DNA of 64,000 nt from an uncultured Phycisphaerales bacterium. Lineage in GTDB: Bacteria; Planctomycetota; Phycisphaerae; Tepidisphaerales; Tepidisphaeraceae. A program made the translations under genes and the position numbers. Positions 43,863 to 56,958 of the stretch are shown here, piece by piece. The notes beneath the pieces were generated by a model, which worked only from the letters and a program-made list of their open reading frames with translations, was not told where the DNA came from and did no database searches. Location: assembly GCA_963844715.1 (NCBI GenBank), contig CAWJPJ010000008.1:608001-672000 (forward strand), read 5' to 3'. Position 1 is the stretch's first letter. Every line of letters begins with the position of its first letter.

Positions 43863-44717
43863 TCACCGTGCCGTTACGAATTCGATCTGACTAATCGCCG
43901 GTACAAGTCCTGCATTGGCCCCATCTTTCAGCAACCTGACAATTGCTTCCTTTCCCCGTGGCCCATAATCCAAAGTCCATTGATTGACGTACATTCCGAC
44001 AAATTGATCGGCTAGCTTCTTATCCAAATCCCTCCCAAATTGCAGGGCATACTCCACCGCCTCGGGCCGATGCGCCAGGCTGAATTCGATCGATTTTTTG
44101 ATGATATCGGTGACTTCCTGCATCACGGGTTGGCCGAGATTTTTGCGGATGCAATTCCCGCCGAGAGGCAGGGGCAGGCCGGTCTTTTTCTGCCACCAGA
44201 TTCCCAAATCGACGATCAAGTGCAGGTCAAGCTGCTGATAGGTCAGTTGGCCTTCATGAATGATTAAACCTGCGTCCACGACGCCGGCTTTCACCTGGCC
44301 GGGGATTTCATCGAATGGGATGACCACCGGCTCGAACGCCTCGCCCGCCTTTCCCATGCAGAGCTGGAGGGCCAGGAAAGCGGTGGTGAGCTTCCCGGGG
44401 ATGGCGATTCTTTTCCCTTTTAAATCCTCCAATTTGACGCCCTTGGTCGCGATGACCATCGGGCCGTAACCATCCCCCATGCTGCTGCCACAACTTGTCA
44501 GAGCGTATTTGTCGGCGACGTATGGATAGGCGTGAATTGAGATCGCGGTGATCTCCAGTTCACCCCGGCGGGCGCGTTGATTCAGCGTTTCGATGTCCTG
44601 CAATATGTGCTCAAACCGATAGTTTCCGGTTGGAATGAGATTCTTGGCCAGGCCGTAAAACATGAAGGCATCGTCGGGATCGGGCGAATGGCCGAGGCGA
44701 AGCAATTGTTCTGGCAT
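43863..44717 (-). CDS. mqnD: MqnD-like 1,4-dihydroxy-6-naphthoate synthase (futalosine menaquinone pathway)
   Basis: GHSPDPDDAFMF, DIETLN, GYGP, PGKLTTA, IIHEGQLTY, PLPLGG, MYVN. Confidence 0.85.
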   Translation of the reverse strand: MPEQLLRLGHSPDPDDAFMFYGLAKNLIPTGNYRFEHILQDIETLNQRARRGELEITAISIHAYPYVADKYALTSCGSSMGDGYGPMVIATKGVKLEDLKGKRIAIPGKLTTAFLALQLCMGKAGEAFEPVVIPFDEIPGQVKAGVVDAGLIIHEGQLTYQQLDLHLIVDLGIWWQKKTGLPLPLGGNCIRKNLGQPVMQEVTDIIKKSIEFSLAHRPEAVEYALQFGRDLDKKLADQFVGMYVNQWTLDYGPRGKEAIVRLLKDGANAGLVPAISQIEFVTAR

Positions 44718-44834
44718 GCCCGGCAGTATAAAGGCATATTACCGGTCAGACCAAACTTGGGCTCGGGGACGGCGGCGGGCAATAACGCTGCATCGTGTGC
44801 GTTTTACACGATAAAGAAGGAGCAGGATTCCGCG

Positions 44835-46312
44835 ATGACGACCCACCCGATGCTCCAGCCTTATCAGCCGACGGATTCCGATCCGTTTGACGAAGTCAAA
44901 GCCGCGCATTTGCTGAACCGAGCCGGTTTCGGCGGGACGCCGGAAGAAGTCGAAAACATTTTGAAGCTCGGCCCCCAAAAGGCGGTCGATGCGCTGCTCG
45001 ATTTTCCTGACGCTCCGGCCCAGGAGGGCGACGATGCCGGGCCGGATTTGTCGAGCATCGCCGATCTTCCGTCCAATTTCCGCCAGCTTCACATGATGCT
45101 GAACGATGCCGGCACGCCGCAGGAAAAGAAGATGCTTCAGCAGAAGTTTCAGCAGTCCAATCGGGAGGCCGTCGGCGCGATCATCAAATGGTGGCTCAAT
45201 CGCATGGCCTTCGGGCCGCATCCCTTGCAGGAAAAACTCGCCTTCTTCTGGCACGGGCATTTCACCACCAGCGCCCGCGACGAGCGGGCTGCGTCGCTGA
45301 TGTGGCGACAAAACGAACTTCTCCGCCGATGTGCGGCTGGAAATTTCAATCCCTTCCTGCACGCCATCTCCAAAGACCCCGCCATGCTCGATTACCTCAA
45401 CAACGCGCAAAACCGGAAACAGCACCCCAATGAAAACTACGGCCGCGAAGTCATGGAACTCTTCACCCTCGGAATCGGCAATTACACCGAAACCGACGTC
45501 AAGGAAGGCGCTCGAGCCTTCACCGGCTGGACCCACGACGGCGACCAATTCATCTATCGCGAATTCGACCACGACAACGGCGTGAAAACCTTCCTGGGCG
45601 CCAGCGGAAATTTCGACGGCGACGATGTCCTCAACATCATCCTCGAGCAGCCCGCCTGCCCGCGCTTCGTCGGGGGGGAATTGTTCAAATATCTCGCGTA
45701 CGACAATCTCGAAGACGATCTGGCGGTTGCCCTCGGCGACCTCTTTTATTCGAATCAATATGAAATTCGCCCGCTGGTTCGCACCATCCTGACCAGCAAG
45801 GCGTTTTATTCTCCGGAATGCATTGGGGTGCAGATTAAATCGCCGGTGCAACTCATGGTCGGCACCGTCCGCATGCTCGGCTTGCAACTGCCGCCGGAAT
45901 TGGCGGTCATTTCCGCGCTCAATCAGATGGGCCAGGTCCCCCTGAACCCGCCAAATGTCCGGGGCTGGCCCGGCGGGCACATGTGGATCAACACCAGCAC
46001 GCTCTTCATTCGCTATAACACGGGAGTCTGGCTCGCCGGCGGGGACGTGCCCGCCCTGGCGATGGTCCGGCGCAAAGGAGACGGCCGTGACTTGCCCCCG
46101 TGGATCGCGCGGGAACCGATTTTGACCCGCAAGCGCCGGGATCGAGCGGCGACGTCGTCGATTACTGGGTCAAGCGCCTGATCCAGCGTCCCATCGACGA
46201 CGACAAGAAAGACGTGCTGGTCGGCGCATTAGGACCCGATCCCACAAATATGGACGGTCAACGCCGTGTCGTACAGTTGATTGTGTCGATGCCGGAGTAT
46301 CAGTTGTGTTAG
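44835..46312 (+). CDS. DUF1800 domain protein (indel near 46095)
   Basis: HLLNRAGFG, FWHGHF, DPAMLDYLNN, PNENYGREVMELFTLG, PPNVRGW; C-terminal MPEYQLC in the shifted frame. Confidence 0.88.
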
Positions 46313-46323
46313 CGAGGTAGCTT

Positions 46324-47643
46324 ATGGACCAAAACCTGGCCACACGCCGCGTCTTTTTGCAGAGGGGCTTGGCACTGCTCGCGGTCGCCCCCACGATTCC
46401 CACATTTCTCGATCAAACGGTGATGGCGCTATCCAGCCCGTTTGATATCTCGCAAACGCAGCTCCCCAGCGGAAAAGACGGCAAAATCCTCGTCGTCGTG
46501 CAGCTTGGCGGCGGAAACGACGGCCTCAGCATGGTCACCCCCTACGGCGACGACGCCTATTACCAGGCCCGCACGCGCATCAGCCATCCGGCGAATCAGA
46601 TTCTCAAGATCGACGGTTACCTCGGTCTGCATCCGAGCCTGGCCCCGATCAAAGACCTTTTCGACAACGGCGAGATGGCGATCGTCCAAGGCGTCGGATA
46701 TCCGAACCCAAACCGCTCCCACTTCCGCGCCATGGACATCTGGCAAAGCGCCCAGCCCGATCGCGATTCCCCCAGCGACGGCTGGATTGGCCGATATTTC
46801 GATAACACCTGCCCAGGGTGCGACCCGCATGTGGGCGTCTCCGTCGGGCAGACTTTGCCGCTGGCGATGCAGGGCGACCGCGTCATGCCCGTGAATCTCG
46901 AGCGTGCCGAGTCGTACCGCTACAACGGGCACGACAAGACCCATTACCTGGAATTGAACAAGTTCGACGAAACCGCCGCTGCTTCGACCGGCGGGTTCGG
47001 CAACATGACGGTTCCCGTCCCCATCCCTCCCGGCGCTAAGCCAGCCGAAAGCGAGGCGACGCAACTCGATTTCCTGCATCGCACCGCCATGGATGCCCAG
47101 CTCAGCAGCGACCAGATATTCCGCGTGATGCGGAATCATGTGTCGGCTTCGACGTATCCGGCGGGGGAATTTGGCGCGGGGTTGAAGATGGTCGCGTCGA
47201 TGATCGCGGGGGGAATGCCGACGCGCGTGTATTACGTCACCCTCACCGGCTTCGACACCCACTCCGGCCAGCTCAATCGCCATGACGTCCTCATGAAACA
47301 ACTTGCCGACGGGCTCGCGGCGTTCTGGAAAGATCTGAAAGCCCAGAAAAATGACGACCGGGTTCTGGTTATGACGTTCAGCGAATTTGGGCGACGCATC
47401 GAGGAGAACGCCAGCAACGGAACCGACCACGGCGCGGCCGCCCCGATGATCGTCCTCGGCGGGAGCATTCAGCAGGGCCTGGTCGGACGCCATCCATCCT
47501 TGACCGATCTCGACCAGGGCGATCTGAAATACGGGATCGACTTCCGCTCCGTTTACGCCAGCGTGCTTCAGGATTGGCTTGAAACGCCGAGCAAGCCGAT
47601 TCTTGGGGATCAGTTTAACATTCTGCCGTTGGTGAAGACGTAG
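46324..47643 (+). CDS. DUF1501 domain protein with Tat signal
   Basis: TRRVFLQ, QLGGGNDG, NRSHF, GFDTH, SEFGRR, GTDHG, DFRSVY. Confidence 0.9.
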   Translation: MDQNLATRRVFLQRGLALLAVAPTIPTFLDQTVMALSSPFDISQTQLPSGKDGKILVVVQLGGGNDGLSMVTPYGDDAYYQARTRISHPANQILKIDGYLGLHPSLAPIKDLFDNGEMAIVQGVGYPNPNRSHFRAMDIWQSAQPDRDSPSDGWIGRYFDNTCPGCDPHVGVSVGQTLPLAMQGDRVMPVNLERAESYRYNGHDKTHYLELNKFDETAAASTGGFGNMTVPVPIPPGAKPAESEATQLDFLHRTAMDAQLSSDQIFRVMRNHVSASTYPAGEFGAGLKMVASMIAGGMPTRVYYVTLTGFDTHSGQLNRHDVLMKQLADGLAAFWKDLKAQKNDDRVLVMTFSEFGRRIEENASNGTDHGAAAPMIVLGGSIQQGLVGRHPSLTDLDQGDLKYGIDFRSVYASVLQDWLETPSKPILGDQFNILPLVKT

Positions 47644-48240
47644 TTCGTTTTACAGTCCACGGCGGGCGCGTTGTCTTTCTCGTTTCGGCGCACATAACAT
47701 CAACAAGAACGTAGACACCGACCCAAACGCGGGGTAAGCTACGCTCAGAATGGGATGCGTCGGGATGACGGCAGACATGGAAAAGTCGGCGTCGCCTGGT
47801 GCGCTTTTCGGTGACGGAGGCTCAGAGCATTTCATTCGACCGGCGGGCCAAGCCCGCCGAACGGGGTGTTCCCGCGGCAGTCCGCCGGGAGAACCTTGCC
47901 GAACGAGCCAGGCTCGGATGTAACGTCCACGGATTTTGTGCGCCGTGTGCGTTACGGAAGTGGACGATTGGCGTGCCGCCGCGGGCGGCCGTCGGTGATT
48001 GAAACCGGCGGCGTGCTTGCGACCCCATCGGCCGGTCGTAGCCGTTCGGAGCTGTACCGTCTGTCGGACTTGATCGCGTCTGGGGAAAACAGACGCGTCT
48101 TTCCGATCAGTCGGCGACTCCTGCCTACTCCGCCGCCGCGAGGCGTCCTGCCTCCTCGCCAGCCGATCCCCTCCCAAAACACGGATGTGAAATGGACCAG
48201 TCGCCCCAACGCACCTTGGCCGCCGCGCCGGAGACAGCCT

Positions 48241-50317
48241 ATGCCCGCTAAATCCAACTCCCTTGTGTCGATCATCGATAAAAAAGTCGATTCCTCCAAT
48301 TTCCGCGAGCAGCACTGGGAGGGAAGTTTCTGGGATTATCTCGACATTGTTCACGAGCATCCGGACGTCTGCCGCAACGCGTTTCAGCGCGTGTACGAAA
48401 TGATCCTCTCCTACGGGAGCGAATCGTTTAACCAGTTCAAGCAGGAACTGAACCGGTACAAGTTCTTCTCCGACCCGATCGATCATGGGGGCGACGCGAT
48501 CTACGGGCTGGAGCGCCCGCTGATGCAACTGGTCGATTTCTTCAAATCCGCCGCGCAAGGCTACGGCACCGAAAAACGAATTCTGCTTCTGCATGGCCCG
48601 GTGGGATCGAGCAAATCCACGATGGCCCGCCTGCTGAAAAAGGGTCTCGAGCATTACAGCCGAACCGAGGTCGGCCGCTGCTTCACGTACATGTGGCGGG
48701 TTCACCATCAAGGCCCTGGCGGCGACGAAGGCGAGCAATTCGTCGAGTGCCCCATGCACGAGGAGCCGCTGCTGCTCATTCCCAAGGAAGCGCGGCAGGA
48801 AGTGCTCGACGCCCTCAACGAAAAACTCCCCGACGGCCGGAAAATCCGCCTCTTCGGCGATGTCTGCCCCTTCTGCCGAAAAATCTACGGCGATCTCCTC
48901 GAGCAATACAGCGGCGATTGGAAAAAGGCGATGGAGCACGTCAAGGTGCGGCGGCTGATCCTGTCGGAAAAAGACCGCCGCGGGATCGGAACATTCCAGC
49001 CCAAGGACGAAAAAAATCAGGACAGCACCGAGCTCACCGGCGACATCAACTATCGCAAAATTGCCGAGTATGGCTCCGATTCCGATCCCCGCGCCTTCAA
49101 TTTCGACGGCGAACTCAATATCGCCAATCGCGGCATCGTCGAATTCATCGAAGTCCTCAAGCTCGACGTGGCGTTCCTCTACGATCTGCTGGGCGCGAGC
49201 CAGGAACACCTGATCAAGCCCAAGAAATTCGCCCAGACTTACATCGACGAAGTGATCCTCGGCCACACCAACGAGCCGGAATACAAGAAGCTCCAGGGCA
49301 ACGAAATGATGGAGGCGTTCCGCGACCGCACCATCAAGATCGACGTGCCGTACAACATCCGGCTCGACGACGAGATCAAGATTTATCTCAAGGATTTCGG
49401 CCCCGAGAAGATCAAGGGCATCCACATCGCCCCGCACACGATCGAGGTGGCCGCGATGTGGGCGGTGCTGACGCGTCTCTCGGAGCCGAAGAAAGCCGGC
49501 ATCACCAAGCTGCAAAAACTCAAGCTCTACAATGGCAAGAGCATTCCCGGCTTCACCGAAGACAGCGTCAAGGAATTGAAGGAAGAGGCCCCGCGCGAGG
49601 GAATGCAGGGAATCAGCCCGCGCTACATCCAGGACAAGATCAGCAATTCACTCGTCAGCCATCAGGCTCAGCTCGATCATTCCATCAACCCGTTTATGGT
49701 GATGAACGAACTCGAGGGCGGGATGAGCCATCATTCGCTCATCACGGATGAGGAATTGAAGAAGGAATACAAGGAGCTTCTGGCCGTCGTGCGCGAGGAA
49801 TACGAAGACATCCTCAAGGGCGAAGTGCAGCGGGCGATCAGCGCCGACGAGGACGCGATCAAGCGCCTGGCCGCCAATTACATCGAAAACGTCCGCGCCT
49901 ACACCCAGCACGAGCGCATGCGCAATCGCTACACCGGCCGCGACGAGGATCCGGATGAACGATTGATGCGCCTCGATCGAGGACAAGATCGACATCCCCG
50001 AAAGCCGAAAAGACGATTTCCGCCAGGAAATCATGAATTACATCGGCGCCCTGGCCTTGGACGGCAAGAAGTTCGAATACAACACCAACGCTCGGCTTCT
50101 CAAGGCCCTGGAATTGAAGCTGTTCGAGGATCAGCGCGACACGATCAAGTTGAAGAATCTGGTCAGCACCGTTGTCGACGATGAAACGCAACAGAAGATC
50201 GACGTGGTGAAGCAGCGGCTGATCAAGTATTTCGGGTACAACGAAACCAGCGCGACCGACGTGCTAAACTACGTTGCCAGCATCTTCGCCCGCGGTGATA
50301 CCAAGCAGGACGAATAA
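48241..50317 (+). CDS. prkA: PrkA/YeaG AAA+ serine protein kinase (indel near 49972)
   Basis: [53 protein letters not shown]. Confidence 0.92.
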
Positions 50318-50380
50318 ATCGGCAGCCAGTTCGGGCCGCACGCCGACAAATTTGTGTTCGGCGGCGGATTGGAAATTAAC

Positions 50381-50611
50381 GTGGCACGCATCAATCGACG
50401 CTCCGGATATTCGCTGGTCCTGACCGGCCTGCTCGGCCTGGTCTTTTTCTGGCTCACCGACCCGCGCATCGGGATGGCCCTGCGCTGGAACCATGGCGAA
50501 AACCCCATCGATCTGGCCAATGAACACCTCCCGGGAACCATCGTCGGCATGGGAGGCTCGGCCCTGGTCCTTTTAATGGGGATTTTCCTTCTTTCGCGGC
50601 GTCCGGTTTGA
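50381..50611 (+). CDS. Small two-TM membrane protein
   Basis: 76 aa ORF with two hydrophobic segments between prkA and the yeaH-like gene. Confidence 0.55.
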   Translation: MARINRRSGYSLVLTGLLGLVFFWLTDPRIGMALRWNHGENPIDLANEHLPGTIVGMGGSALVLLMGIFLLSRRPV

Positions 50612-50677
50612 TGCGAAAATTCGTGCTAAAATGACGGTGAGTACGGAACCAACCCGCTTGCCTCCGGCAGTTGAAAT

Positions 50678-51771
50678 ATGGTTCTAAAGATCGAGAAAGA
50701 TCACCAGCGCTTCCGGCAGATCGTCAAAGGGCGCATTCGCGACGATCTGCGGAAATTTCTCACCAAGGGCGAACTGATCGGCAAGGAAGGCAAACACCTC
50801 ATCAGCATCCCCGTCCGCGGAATCGAGCTTCCCCATTTTCGATACGGCGACAATTCCTCCGGCGTCGGCGCGGGAGAGGGAAAAGAGGGGGAAGTCGTCG
50901 GAAAGGGGCAGGGCAAAACGGCCGGCGGGACCGAGGCCGGGCAGCACATCATGGAGGTCGATCTCACCCTAGACGAACTGGCGGAGATTCTGGCCGAGGA
51001 ATTGAAGCTCCCGCGCATCGAACCCAAGGGGAAGCACCGCATCACGACCGTTCGCGATAAATACAGCGGCATCCGGCGCGTCGGGCCGGAATCGCTCCGC
51101 CATTTCAAGCGATCGTTCAAGGAAGCGCTCAAACGCCAGATCATGATCGGCGATTATGACCCGGACAACCCGGTCATCATCCCGCAGCGTAAGGACATCC
51201 GCTACCGCAGTTGGAAGGAAGTCAAAAATCCCCAGTCCAACGCGGTCATCGTCTTCATGATGGACGTCTCGGGATCCATGGGAGAGGAGCAAAAGGAATT
51301 AGTCCGCCTCGAGAGTTTCTGGATCGACACCTGGCTTAGAAAAATTACGAGGGGATCGAGTCCCGCTACATCGTGCATGACGTTTCGGCCAAGGAAGTGG
51401 ACAAACACACCTTCTACCACCTCCGCGAAGACGGCGGCACGAAAATCAGCAGCGCCTTCCGATGCGCGAAGTCTCTTTTGGACGCGCATTATTCGCCCGA
51501 CGAATGGAACATTTATCTCTTCCACTTCAGCGACGGCGACAACAGCTCAGAAGCCGACAGCCGCGACTGCGTCAAGCTGCTCAAGGAGCAGCTGCTGCCG
51601 ATATGCAACATGTTCGGCTATTGCCAGGTCGCCAGCGCCTACGGCTCGGGGAATTTCATCAATGTCTTGCACGAGCATCTGCGCGGGAATGAAAAAGTCC
51701 TGACCAGCCGGGTCAATTCGAAGGACGATATTTACGATTCGATTAAGACGTTCTTCGGCAAAGGACATTGA
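50678..51771 (+). CDS. yeaH: DUF444 (YeaH/YhbH) vWA protein (indel near 51345)
   Basis: DHQRFRQIVKG, MMDVSGSM MIDAS, GGTKISSAF, WNIYLFHFSDGDN. Confidence 0.88.
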
Positions 51772-51831
51772 AGTCCCCACTCGCGGGCCGTTGTTGAGGA
51801 TTTGCACTCAATCGAATAACGTCCATTCCGA

Positions 51832-52965
51832 ATGGAGGGATCTCCCCACAAATCGGCACGTCTCAGTGGATTGGACGGGCTGCGCTGCATCGCCATTCTC
51901 CTGGTCATCCTCTCGCATCTCTGTTCGCGATTGGATGCCCAATCCCAGAACTTTGTCCTCAGGGCCATCGTCAATCGCGCCGCCTGGGGCGTGGTGTTTT
52001 TCTTCGTCATCTCCGGATTTCTGATCACCTGGCTTTTGGTCTCTGAACAGGACAAGTCCGGCAGCATCGATCTGGTCCGCTTCTATCAGCGCCGCTTCCT
52101 GCGAATTCTTCCGCCCGCGTTCGCTTACCTTTTGGTCGTCCGCGTCATGACGATGTGCGGAGTGGTGTACGTCCCCTGGGCGGACGTCGCCAAATGTGTG
52201 TTCTTCATCCGCAACGTCGCCCGCACAGGGTCCCTTGAAACCATCCATTTCTGGTCGCTTTCCATCGAAGAGCAGTTTTATCTTTGCTGGCCGCTTTTTA
52301 TGCTCCTGACCCGCCGCCGTCTGCATATCCCGATCACGGTTTTTTTTGTGATCGCCGCGCCGTTTTGGAGATTGATCAATTATCACGTCTTCGGCGCACC
52401 GCCCGTGATCAATGTCTGGCGCACCGATCTCAATTACGACATGCTACTATTCGGATGCCTGATCGCCCTGGGCCGGCACGACCCCCGCTTTTTGCCACTC
52501 CTCCGCGGACCCCTTCTCCAGCGTCCTCGCAACGTCTATCTGACCATCGCCGCCTGTTTCTTCGTGGTCTACTTTCCCGCCCGCTTCGATCGCTACCTGC
52601 CGGTGGTTTCCTTGAGGCCATGGCTCTTCGCCATGGGAGCCGCAGTCATCATTAATTTTATGATCGAAGGGCATCGCTCCTTGCTGAACCGCGTTCTCGA
52701 CTCGCCTCTCCCCACCGCGATCGGACGCATCTCCTACAGTCTTTATCTCTGGCAGCAGCTCTTCTGTTTCGGCAAAGTCGGCGATCATTGGATGCGGCGC
52801 TTTCCGCAGGATGTCCTGCTCACGTTGGGAGCCGCGACGCTCAGTTACTATCTCGTCGAACTCCCCTCCTCCCGTCTGCGATCCCATTTCAAGTCGATGC
52901 GCCCCCCAAAGGTCACCATCGAGGATGCTCTCGAATCGCAACCTGCAACCGCAACCGCAACTTAA
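51832..52965 (+). CDS. Acyltransferase family 3 (OafA-like)
   Basis: LDGLRCIAILLVILSH, FFVISGFLIT, RRFLRILP, HFWSLSIEEQFY, GRISYSLYLWQ. Confidence 0.92.
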   Translation: MEGSPHKSARLSGLDGLRCIAILLVILSHLCSRLDAQSQNFVLRAIVNRAAWGVVFFFVISGFLITWLLVSEQDKSGSIDLVRFYQRRFLRILPPAFAYLLVVRVMTMCGVVYVPWADVAKCVFFIRNVARTGSLETIHFWSLSIEEQFYLCWPLFMLLTRRRLHIPITVFFVIAAPFWRLINYHVFGAPPVINVWRTDLNYDMLLFGCLIALGRHDPRFLPLLRGPLLQRPRNVYLTIAACFFVVYFPARFDRYLPVVSLRPWLFAMGAAVIINFMIEGHRSLLNRVLDSPLPTAIGRISYSLYLWQQLFCFGKVGDHWMRRFPQDVLLTLGAATLSYYLVELPSSRLRSHFKSMRPPKVTIEDALESQPATATAT

Positions 52966-53016
52966 AGTCCCTTCCCAGGTTTTGCGCCCGCAGGTAGCTT
53001 GTCTGGAAAGGATCAC

Positions 53017-54125
53017 ATGCAAGCCCTGGCTGTCTTTCCGGCAAGCAAAGAAGTGAGAGTGATCGACCACCCCGCGCCGGCGATCCCCAATCCCGCCGAT
53101 GTGATGCTCCGCATGATCGAAGTCGGGGTTTGCGGAACGGATAAAGAGATCGTTTCGTTTCAATATGGCACGCCGCCGCAGGGGTCGCCTTATCTCATCA
53201 TCGGGCATGAATCCCTGGGGGAAGTCGTCGAGATCGGCTCGGGTGTTAAGACGCTGAAGAAGGGGGACCTCGTCGTGACGATGGTTCGCCGGCCGTGCGA
53301 TCATCCCGATTGCATCGCCTGCCGGGCCGGGCGGCAGGATTTTTGTTACACCGGCGACTTCACCGAGCGGGGAATCAAGGGCCGGCATGGTTTTATGACC
53401 GAGTTCGTGGTGGACGACGAGGGCTATATGAATCTCGTCCCGCCGGGGCTGCGCGACATTGCCGTGCTGGTTGAGCCGCTGACGATCGCACAGAAGGCGT
53501 TGGAACAGGTGGTGCAGATTCAGGCGCGATTGCCCTGGGGGTGTCCAGTCGAGGAGGGCAAGCCGTCGCAATACTGCCATAAGGCGCTCGTGCTCGGGGC
53601 CGGGCCGGTGGGGCTGCTGGGGGCGATGTCGCTGATTGTGCGCGGGTTTGAAACGTGGGTGTATTCGCGGAATCCGGTGCCGAGCGTGCAGTCGGATTTC
53701 TGCGCCGCGATCGGGGCGCATTTTTTGCCGGCCACGAGCGTTTCCGTTGACGACGCGGCGCAGCAAATCGGGAACATCGATCTCGTCTATGAAGCCGTGG
53801 GGGCGTCGTCTCTGGCGTTTGACGTGATGCGCGTGCTCGGTACCAACGCAGTCTTCATCTTTACGGGCGTTCCGGGCCGCAAGGGGCCGATCGAGGTGGA
53901 CACCGACCTGATCATGCGCGACCTGGTGCTGAAAAATCAGGTCGTTTACGGTACTGTCAATGCCGGCAAGCAGGCGTTCATGGATGCGATATCGGATTTG
54001 GGCGAATTTCGCCGCCGCTGGCCGAGCGAGGTGAGCAAGTTGATCACCGGCCGGTTCACGATCGATCAGGCGTTGAAACTTCTCACCGGAAAACCCGGCG
54101 GGATCAAAAATGTGGTGACCCTCTA

Positions 54126-54126
<1 letters not shown>
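53017..54126 (+). CDS. Zn-dependent glucose 1-dehydrogenase (MDR family)
   Basis: [40 protein letters not shown]. Confidence 0.85.
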
Positions 54127-56860
<2,734 letters not shown>

Positions 56861-56862
<2 letters not shown>

Positions 56863-56896
56863 AAAAAGCGGTCGGATGCCAGAGGCACCCGACCGC
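56861..56896 (-). terminator. Intrinsic terminator between convergent genes
   Basis: 13 bp GC-rich stem (56868-56880/56884-56896) with A7 on the plus strand, i.e. a U-tract for the minus-strand adhesin gene. Confidence 0.7.
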
Positions 56897-56958
56897 CACT
56901 CTCTCCGCCTTGGTTGACTCGGCGCCGAAGCGCCGATCCTCCTGATACGCTCCTCCTC

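Noticed and set aside
47650..49515. 621 aa antisense ORF, and similar long shadow ORFs opposite pyrG, glpK, DUF1800 and the adhesin
   Set aside because: These are typical antisense open frames of high-GC coding sequence with no recognisable motifs.
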